Below are positions 54,471 through 64,000 of a stretch of DNA of 64,000 bases, one piece after another. Location of the stretch: contig JAQGDQ010000051.1 in NCBI GenBank assembly GCA_030141605.1, forward strand, positions 434,001-498,000. The letters are read 5' to 3'. This stretch comes from Tubiluchus corallicola. Lineage: Eukaryota; Animalia; Priapulida. The position numbers were made by a program, and so were the translations under genes. Numbering within the stretch: the stretch's first letter is position 1; the number at the start of each line of letters is the position of its first letter. Under the pieces are notes generated by a model, which had not been told where the DNA came from, ran no database searches, and worked only from the letters and a program-made list of their open reading frames with translations.

Positions 54471-55509
54471 GTCAATATTCGTCAGCCACTCATCTAGATG
54501 ATGCTACACAAGGCCGTTTCACAACTACGGTGAAAACCTGATTCGTTTTCCGATAAAATATTGTTAAAGTTTATTCAACTGCAAACTCATCAGTAACCGG
54601 TATTTTCATAATTTTTTTAACAATTATGCCAGTAAATGAACGGAGACTGGGCTATAGTTTTTAGGATCTTTGCTGTCATTTAATTTAAAAATAGGAATTC
54701 TAAAACAAATGTGAAGTTTTTCGGCGCATAGACCGTTTCTTTTCATTGGGAAAGTTTGCTTATTTCACTCGGACGGAAAGATTCCACAGTAGTTTCAAAA
54801 ATAAGTTTTTGCCGAAGGCTCTCTGTGTAAATCTTCGCAATATTGGATTAGACACCCTTCGAAAGTGCAGTACCAGTGCAAAGTCCTGGGCTTCTCGAAG
54901 AACCAAATAACACGTGTAAACATCCACCGTTGAACGGACTTTGAGTGTTATATATAAGCTCGCTACCCGACCCCCCCCCCCCCCCCCAATTTCCCAACGC
55001 ATGCAGTTATGACGTGCAAAAAGCGACCAAAAACAACTGAAACGACTGTTTTTCGCCTGTAGATCACTTTTTATTGTCGCGATGTAAAAACAGTTATTTC
55101 ATATACTCATTGACTAAACAAAAAGTCATGTGGGTGGGTTTCGTAAATTCAAAAGGTTATAAATTCTGCAGCTAGGGTACTGTGGAACCGGCGAAAATAT
55201 GCCCACATAGCTGACGTAATTATAAATTTGAAACTTTTATTTATTAAAGAATTTGTTATATTGCTGATGTTGCTTACTCCACAAAACATAATCACTAAAC
55301 AACCAACTTACATCTATAATCAGCTAAATACCAATAAATAGTATGACCTCCCTGAACACTAAACAGTCAAATTTACTTTTTAGTACTACTGCAAAATCAA
55401 ATTCTGGCACAAAGTCGGATGGGATGCTCTGCAACATACAACATAAAATCATACAAGCAAGGATAACAACACGACAGTCACAAAAAGTGAATAATAGAAA
55501 TAATTTAAA

Positions 55510-57970
55510 ACTAGCAAAGGCCCCGCAAAAATTTCGCGTATAAATACACTTGTAATCAATAATACGCGAACATCCTACATAGTCCTCATTTATAACGCAA
55601 AAGAAGCTGCAGCTTTTACTGAATTAAAGTTATAAGCAGAGTATAATGGATGACGTCCGAACAATGGCTTCGCGTCAACAGTTTTCCAAGCGAAAATTGC
55701 CAAAAATAGAACATCTAATTAACTCGTCGCCACTCCTCTTGGTAGACGTGTCCTAAAATATAGCCTACATCATCGTGTAGCCCTGTCGTTCCCACCAGGC
55801 TCCGCTAGAACGTTTTTTCTACAGGTAGTTTGACCAAAATTTCGAAAAAATCACGAGTTGGGCCCGGGAAAATGCCTGTTGCGGGACGCCGTGGCCCTCT
55901 CGCGAATTTTAAATACGCCTACTACACCCACTGCTGAACGGGCTATCTATCCATAGCCAGTACCACCCATGGCCCATTCCCGTTCTCCAAAAATAAGCGG
56001 TATAAGTTTTGCAAAAAACGGCCGAAAATGGCCATTTTGGAGGCTTTTGGCCCCCGTTCGTCCCGGTGGGCCCGATTCGAAAAATAAACCCCCAATAGCA
56101 CGACACTAGATCGAGACCTTTCGTTTGATGTATAGATCACCGCAAATGGTGCCGCCATCGGAGCTGTAGCCTCGAATCTTATGTATATATATATATATAC
56201 CAGCGAAATTAATATATACGACTAGCAAAGGCCCCGCAAAAAAATTTGCGTATAAATCCACTTATAATCAACAATGCGCGAACATCCTACCTAGTGTTCG
56301 TTTATTTACCTAAAGCAACAGCAGCTTTTACTGAATTAAAGTTATAATGTTATAGACTGAGTATAATGTATGACGTCAGAATAATGGCTTTGCGTCAACA
56401 GTTTTCCAAGTGAAAATTGCCGAAAATAAAACATCTAATTAACTCGTCGGCACTCGTCTTCTAAAGTGGACGTGTTCTAAAATATAGCCCACACCATCGT
56501 GTAGCACTGTTCTTGCTCTTTCTGAAGAGCCATATATCTGCTTTCGAAAGTCCCACCAGGCGCTGCTGGAACGTTTTTTGTGCAGCCTGTTTGACCAAGA
56601 TTTCGAAAAAATCTCGAGTTGGATCTGTAATGTGGGGCGGATCTCACAACCAAGTATGAGCAATCAGCGCTCTTATTGTTTGGTAGCGTGTGTCATACTA
56701 CTCAGTTTTTACTCAACATCTTCCTAGAACACAAAACGTTAAACTAATTTTATGCAGTTTTATGATAACATAATCCTTTAATATTCATAAATGTTGATAA
56801 TATACAATTAGTTTAAACCAAGTGACAGCAGTTAATTTGTACCCGGGTACCAGTTCAATGAGCATGTTTTGCTACACAACTCAAAATTTACAGGCTGGAA
56901 ATACTTTCAGATGCTACAAACAATACTCACAAAGTACTTTTGGCTAACAAAAAAGAATAATCTAATAGTTCACCAATGCTTGTTAATAGTAAGTCCATAA
57001 AGTAAAGCTCCATCCACACAAGGTTGTAATGTAAGCTATCAGCACGTTCAACTGAGTCTTTGTTTTAGGAGCCACTGCAGTCCAAGTAAGTATCGTTGTA
57101 CAAAAGGAAGCAACAGGCAGTGGGCTAGTAGTTAAACAAAAGAAACGAGAATTTATCACTTACAGTCTCTGCATCAATGAAAGCATACGTCAGCAATACT
57201 TATCGGCGGTAGCACGACGACGAAGGTGGCGGATCCACAACATCGGAGTGCACACCCGGGTGTTTAGAGCATAGCTGAACTGCGAAGTCATGAGCAGATG
57301 GGAGTCATTCCCAGAAGCGTCCTGCGTTGGTAGACGGGTAGTTTGGTTATCATGTCAGATGTCACAATGTAACTCGATGTAAACAAATGGTGAACTGGGC
57401 TTAATACTAGAACTGCCCAAATAGTCACTAACACGTAGTTGGAACTTTCACTAAACATTAGCGTTTGGTAGAGCCAGCTAAAGTTGCACGATTTATATGC
57501 AGAGGCATAACATATGTTAAAAAACTGTCCAGCATTATATTTGCCCGCAAGTCTCTCTTGCAAAGAGCCACGTCGTTCTCTACACATCTGTGTGAAAAGA
57601 CCTCTAAAGCCGGTGGTCTAATAGTCTGGCTTCAATAACCCTATAGCAGGATAACCTGTATTTGCATATCCGTTCGACGAGTTTACCGTAGTTTTGACCT
57701 ATGCGCATAACTAAAGTGTAACAGCTGGTTTATACATCGAACAGCTATAAACAACAATTTTATACAGCCCAAACTAAATTACGTATACTACCGTAAAGTT
57801 CACATTGGCCAGAAAAACATATCTCATTCTACAACGAAGTTAAGTTAGTAATAACTAATTCTAGTTACAAATACAAAGATATATGCTAAGCTGGTCGTTA
57901 CAGGGTCCGGGAAAACGCGTGTTGCGGGACGCCGTGGCCCTCTGGCGAATGCTAAATACGCCTACTACAC
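55510..57970 (+). mobile_element. Two tandem Helentron/DINE-like non-autonomous elements (55510-56220; 56221-57970, interrupted)
   Basis: Both start ACTAGCAAAGGCCCCGCAAAAA and are collinear; copy 1 ends with (TA)n and AATTAATATATACG directly abutting copy 2; no TSD seen. Confidence 0.6.
56626..57902. mobile_element. Solo LTR (1,277 bp) inserted in second Helentron-like copy
   Basis: TGTAA...TTACA termini; 5-bp TSD GGATC / GGGTC; removal restores collinearity with copy 1 (GAGTTGGGCCCGGGAAAA). Confidence 0.85.
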
Positions 57971-58017
57971 TGAAAGCACTAAAACTGATTCAATAAAAAA
58001 TTGAAGATACACAGTAC

Positions 58018-58067
58018 TGTGTATGTGTGTGTGTGTGCGTGTGCGTGTGCGTGCGTGCGTGCGCGTG
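58018..58067. repeat. (TG)/(TGCG)n microsatellite
   Basis: Direct reading. Confidence 0.9.
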
Positions 58068-59679
58068 TTTGAAGCTTCACTCATGTTGAAGTTTTTGTAA
58101 TGATTATTGAAATTAATGTAATTAATTGTAGTGACAGATTACTAATGAAATTGGATTTTGTTTCTCGCATGATAATGATTTCCTTTGTGTTAGCTTGAAA
58201 ATCAGATAGTGCTCTTTTAAGATTTGCCATGGTCATAATCGTAAAAGAAGTTAAAATGCCCATAAATCTCAAAAAATTACTTTTTCTTCACAAGCTTTCG
58301 TCCTCCCGGACTTCATCAGCTTACATTAATTAGATATAGCTAGAATCTTGAAATATGTCATCTTTCAAGATCCTAGCTATATCTAATTGATGTCTGCTGT
58401 GTGTTAGTCCACCAGCCTATACGGATACGTGGTAAGTCTATGCACCTATCAGCCCCAGTGTGAATCTCATAAATTGTTATTCACTGACAGCGGGGGGGGG
58501 GTGGCTAAAATACAAAATCTATAGACAAACCGGAAAAAAATAAACATGGAGAATGTGTGCATGTTTCGTGGAAATTTACAAGTTATTCCAACAAAGGCAT
58601 CATTGTTATATATTTACCAAATTACAAGAAATTGTTAAGGAAATCATTGCAACAGTTATTTCACTCAAGAATATAATTACGTGCGTTATGTGAAGATTGA
58701 GATTTTACGTGAAAGATTAAACGTTGTTACTTTTCGACCAAAATGTTGGTTGTCGATAAAAAAAACAAATTTTTGACGCACTAGCTTGTAAAATTATAGT
58801 TTTTTATTTATACTACAAATTAGTTCCCAATACCTTAATGTAAAAATCTATACATTATCAGTCTGATAGACTAAAGTAAGCAATAACATGGATTTGAATA
58901 ACAATAGTCACCATAGCTAAACTTTGTGAAAAGGCTAAGCTAATATACTCTAGTGGTGGACAAAATCGATGACTTCGATCCTTACCTGGAAGTCTATGGT
59001 ATCGATTACTTTGTTGAATAATCGAGTACCAATGATTTTTCTTATATTATTGAATTTATAATAATTTAAGATGAGAAAAATACAAAATGCGTTTGAGTAA
59101 ACCGAAATTGAAGTTTCTTGGAAAAATGCCATGAAATTTCAATGGATAATCATAAAACTTTAAGGAAAGCAGACGTTCTTTTGCGTCTTTCTTGGGTGAC
59201 TGTTGATATCATTTTGAATTTTCTGTGGGCATATTATTACAAAAAATAATCAGCCAGAATACCTGAAAGAGTGAAGAAGCATACAGAAAAGTATATTCAC
59301 CACCAAGACAAATTATGAAGTCGATTTTATTAGTAAGGTCTTCTTGACCTAGAATAGTAATTATTTTTGCTGAAGGTTTACATCTAGTTTGTCCCAGTTA
59401 TTACCATCTGTAATGTTTCTTTAATCATGGAATGTTATTTCTTTATTTTTATTCATTTTGCAACTGTGATTGTTGTGGTCCTTGGCGATTACAGTGAAGT
59501 GCAAAATAGAGGCTGAATAGAAAAGAAGATTTCTGGGATTGAGGAGAGGGAAGTCGCGGGAACGTGGTGAAAGAAATTCTAAAACAATTTTTGAACTTGT
59601 ACTTTGACTTTTTTTGGTTTAACAAGCTATTTCGGCTTTGTTATGTGTGGCTTAATTGTGTACATGAACAATTGGTGGC

Positions 59680-60403
59680 ATGGCTGGAATTAAGTTGTCG
59701 GATGTTGTGACTCGATTTGATGGCTGCGGTGATGTTGCAGCTTGGCTGGAAAAGATTGAATTGGTTGCCAAGCTGCAGGAAATTGTCGAAGTAGATACCG
59801 TTGTTCTTGGAAGGCCCAGCCTTTGATGTATATCAGCAAATGAGTGGGGAAGACAAGGAAGATTTAAGCAAGTTAAAGGCATGCTTAATTAGATCGTTTG
59901 GAATAACACCATGCCATGCATTTGCACAATTTAAGGGCAGACTTTTGCGAAGTGGCGAGACCCCTGATGCATTTGTTGCTGACCTTCGCCGTCTTATGAT
60001 GCTTGCTGGCTGTCAGTCTAGTGACGCAAACACTAAACGGATTATTGCATGCCAGTTTATTGACGGTCTTCCAGAACCGTGTAAAGGTCAGGTAAAAGCT
60101 TTGAAGGGTAACGAATTGGAGATACCCTCATTACTCGCTTGCGCAAAGAGCATATTGCAGGAAAGTGGTTATGGCAATCAAGTGTTTGCTACTGCAGCCA
60201 TTGCTGGTAGATCCTCACGACAGCCTGTGAGACAACTTCGCTGCTATGGTTGTAACAGATTTGGCCACATTAAGAAGGATTGTTCTCTTGTGTGTTTTGC
60301 CTGCGGTGAAAAAGGCCACATTCGCACTCGATGTCCCAGAGTGGGAAACGACCAAGGGGAGGTGCCTTCAGCGCCCGGCATTTCCCCAGTCCAGCACCAA
60401 TAG
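59680..60403 (+). pseudogene. gag (one frameshift near 59800) with two CCHC knuckles
   Basis: MAGIKLSDVVTRFDGCGDVAAWLEKIELVAKLQ... / FLEGPAF...CYGCNRFGHIKKDC, CFACGEKGHIRTRC. Confidence 0.9.
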
Positions 60404-60416
60404 TTCAGTCGGCGCT
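60343..60416 (+). promoter_or_regulatory. -1 programmed ribosomal frameshift signal (slippery heptamer + predicted pseudoknot)
   Basis: G GGA AAC in gag frame, 6-nt spacer, 11-bp stem 60356-60366/60377-60387, loop AGCGCC complementary to GGCGCT 60411-60416; pol is in the -1 frame. Confidence 0.8.
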
Positions 60417-63400
60417 AATTAATGATACCCTGCGTATCCGAGCATTGCTTGATAGTGGCAGTTCATTTACATTGATAAGAAAAGATGTTGTTGACCAAGT
60501 ACTTTTAAAATGCGACACTGCTGGGCAAGTATCTGTGCAACTTGTCGATGGAAGAGTTATGCTGACTATGGGAAAGGTGATATTAAACAATATTGTAATT
60601 GGTAATTCACGACTCAAGAAAGTTGATGCCCAGGTTGTTCGTTCATTGCCAGAATCAGTAGATATGATACTGGGTTGGGATATAATTTCTGAATATGGTT
60701 TGAGTATAACTCCATCGCCAAATGGTGTTAATGTGGTACTTGGAACGGTGTCAGCAGTACCTGCAAATTTAAGCAATAGTGAAGCATTATGCAGTTTGGC
60801 ATCACAGTCGTCACCACAATGCGGCCTCACGGTGCAAGATAAAGATTTTGCAGCGTGCTTTAAAAATAATCAGAGGACTGTAAGTTGGCAGTGGAAAAAT
60901 GAGCCACCCTTTCTACGACATAGTGTTTCACAGTACCATGTTAGTAAGGTCGATCGCGAGGCCTTTGATGATGAACTAAAGTGCTGGATTTCAGAAGGTA
61001 TCCTAGTCCCTTGGGACTGCAGCGTGCATGGCGATGTTAAGTGTATCATACCATTGATGTCAGTTCGGCAGTCAAAAAAGAACAAGGTGAGGCCCGTCTT
61101 AGACTATCGTCAGCTAAATGAATATATTGAAAGTTTCCCTGGTTGTGACGCAGCCGTGTGTGAACAAAAGTTACGCGAGTGGCGTAAATGGTGTAGTAAT
61201 GCTCAGATACTTGATCTCAAAAAAGCATATTTGCAACTTTTTGTGTCAAATGACCTGGTGTGTTATCAGGCTGTAGAATTTAAGGGACAGGTGTATGTAA
61301 TGACACGGTTAGGTTTTGGTTTAAACGGGGCGCCTAAAATTATGTCGGCTATCATGCATACAGTGCTTTCCCAAGATGATGCTGTTAAGGCTGGAACAGA
61401 CAGTTATATTGATGACGTATTTGTTAATGAGAACTGTGTTGATGCAGTGCACGTGAGACAACATTTGGCAAATTATGGACTTGAAACCAAATCTCCTGAG
61501 CCCCTTGATGGAGCGTGAGTACTGGGGCTTCGCCTTACACTTGTTTCAGGGACATTGATGTGGTATCGTGATGGAGAAATTCCAAACGTGGATTGTGTTG
61601 TTACTAGAAGGCGGTTGTATTCGGTTTGCGGCGAACTCGTTGGCCATTACCCCGTTGCCGGGTGGTTGCGACCGGCGTGCGGGCATTTGAAGCGTCAAGC
61701 AACAGGAGAGTGGGATAATGTCGTCGACTCGCAAACACAACGACAATTATGTGAAGTTTTAGCACGTGTTTTAGAAGATGATCCTGTCCGGGGTCGTTGG
61801 GCTGTGGATGTCAATGGACAAACTACGCTATGGTGTGATGATAGTTCACTTGCTGTGGGCGTGGTTTTAGAAATTGATGGGCAGGTAGTGCAAGATGCTA
61901 GCTGATTGCGTAAGAAAAATGACACAGCACATATTAATATCAGTGAGCTGGAGGCAGCTCTCAAGGGCATTAATCTATGTATTAAATTGGGTATAACAAA
62001 ATTTATGCTGGCTACCGATTCAGCTACCGTCAAGGGCTGGCTGAGTGCTGTACTTGAAAATACACATAGAGTCCGAACTCATGGAATGGCAGAAATGCTG
62101 GTCAGACGGCGATTAGATCTTATTGCTGAACTCGTTCAAGAGTATGGTTTGCAAATTGTGGTAGAACTAGTTAAGTCTGCTGAGAACAAAGCTGACGTGT
62201 TAACTCGTGTGCCAAGACAGTGGATGAGCTCTGTTGGATGTGATGGACTGTTGTGCGTCAGTGATCGGATGGGCGACTTGAAAGACGAAGTGCGAAGGAT
62301 TCATTCAGTGCATCACTTTGGTGTTGACCGCACTATGGAACTGGTTAACCAGAAGTTGGGAGACGTAACACGAGATGTTGTTCGTGATGTAGTGCAGAAA
62401 TGTGATCGCTGTAGTAAAATCGATCCTGCGGTGAATTTTAAGTGGCAAAAAGGGGGCTTTGTGCCAACTCTATTTGGGAGAGGTTGGCAGTTGACATCAC
62501 CCATTTTGCTGGAGAACGGTATTTAACTGTCATCGACTCTTTTTCTCGGTTCGCCATATGGCAACATCTGCACAGCGAAGCTGCTGGTGCCGTTGTGTCA
62601 GCAATACAAAGTATCTTAGCTGAATTTGGCCCTCCCGATTCTGTATTAACGGATGATGGTCTTGTTTTCAGAAGCTCATATTTTCAACGTCTTTTGCAAG
62701 ACTGGGACATACAACATGAACTTTCGTGTGCCTATCGAAGCTGTGGTAATGGCTTGATTGAACGATGTCATCGGACAATAAAGAGGATGGCTGCTCGTTC
62801 AGGGCGGTCCATTTTAGAGATGGCTTTTTGGTATAATAATACCACTAGTGATGCTACTAAAAAGGTACCGTATTAAGTTTTGTTTGCAGCTCTGACTAGA
62901 CTTCCAAGCATTCGAGACAGACGTGAACTTGTTGAAAGAGAACAGTGTGAAGTGAATTCAGCTCAGGATGTGGATGATTACTCTGACGTTGCTTTGAACC
63001 CGTTTGCAGTTGGGGACCTGGTATATGTAAAAGGACATAACAATGCATGTACGGAGCCGTGGCTTGGTCCTCGGCAAGTAACTAGATTGTTTAATAGTGT
63101 GTCTGTAGAAGTAGATGGTGATGGAGTGCATAGGCATGTGTCACACTTGCGCCATTGTCCTGATGCGTGTGAGGTGCCTGCTGATGTAAAATGTAATGGA
63201 TGTTCGGAAGGCAGAGATTGAATTTGAAAACTGCAAACGTGGTTCTGACATGGGTAATGGTTCTGACATGGGCAATGATGGCGATATGGAAAATCTTGAC
63301 GGCGATGACTATATATGCAATGAACAGGACGGTGTTGATGGAGTAGCTGATGATGATTATAGGGACTATGAAGAAAATGTTGTTGCAGATGGCAACGGTG

Positions 63401-63468
63401 GAAATCTTGGTATGCGTTTTCGCCCGCTTGAAACCCTGCATTTGCCTTTGCGTTTCAGGAATAACTAG
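60343..63468 (+). pseudogene. pol (PR-RT-RH-IN) with stops and frameshifts and an acidic C-terminal tail
   Basis: ALLDSGS; VRPVLDYRQLN, LDLKKAYLQ, RLGFGLN, YIDD; WCDDSS, HINISELEA, ATDS; HHCC (HSVHHFG...CDRC), VDITHF, LTDDG, NGLIERCHRTIK. Confidence 0.92.
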
Positions 63469-64000
63469 TGGTGCACCTGCGGTGCATAGAGAGGTGTGAT
63501 TGTTGTGGTCCTTGGCGATTACAGTGAAGTGCAAAATAGAGGCTGAATAGAAAAGAAGATTTCTGGGATTGAGGAGAAGGAAGTCGCGGGAACGTGGTGA
63601 AAGAAATTCTAAAACAATTATTGAACTTGTACTTTGGCTTTTTTTTGGTTTAACGGCAACTATTTTTATCAATAAACTGGAGCTTTGTCAACGACTTAAT
63701 ACCTTTATTTCTTGAAATTTACCTAAAACACGCACGCAAAACTTTGCTTACAAAGGTATAAATGTGACAATATTTTTACACCATTATGTCTCCATAACAA
63801 TTTCCCCTAGGTAGCTGTGTGATACATCAATCACAGCCACCAGGTTTTGATTAAAACTCCTAGTGCTTTTTGGGGTCATTGAACGGAATCCTAGCAAGGC
63901 ACCCTTAATTGCTCCTTAAATAATGAGCATTATTTTTATCATAAATTTTATTCATGTTTGCCCGCATATTTTTCATTTAAATGTGACTACTAACCCATTG

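Larger units (their letters stand above)
59465..63655 (+). mobile_element. Compact full-length Gypsy-order LTR retrotransposon with ~160-bp LTRs
   Basis: LTRs 59465-59624 and 63495-63655, nearly identical; perfect 5-bp TSD GCAAC; short purine tract AGAGAGG before 3' LTR. Confidence 0.96.

Noticed and set aside
54514-55191. DNA element with GCCGTTTCACA / TGTGGAACCGGC ends
   Set aside because: Only a short imperfect inverted match and no TSD identified.

Overview
AT-rich, intron-containing invertebrate (metazoan) nuclear DNA, not prokaryotic. The main host gene is a two-exon engrailed homeobox gene on the + strand (18121-18475 and 27923-28257; about 229 aa; EH1, EH2, EH3, Q50 homeodomain, EH5). 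The ORF track missed its homeobox exon. A second, unidentified host gene contributes one 1,704-nt phase-0 exon encoding a disordered region (45228-46931). Most of the rest is nested, decayed transposable elements: an RTEX/CR1-type LINE broken by three insertions, CR1/L2 fragments, one BEL/Pao element, two Gypsy-like elements with paired LTRs and TSDs, two solo LTRs, hAT-, pogo-, piggyBac- and Kolobok-like MITEs, a Helentron-like tandem, and mini- and microsatellites. I found no convincing novel multi-gene system. The best second-look items are an intact -1 frameshift signal with pseudoknot in a short-LTR retroelement, three template-switch-like rearrangements, a large fold-back, a motif-rich minisatellite upstream of engrailed, the orphan giant exon and a possible hammerhead relic. 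TE family names come from motif recognition, not database searches.
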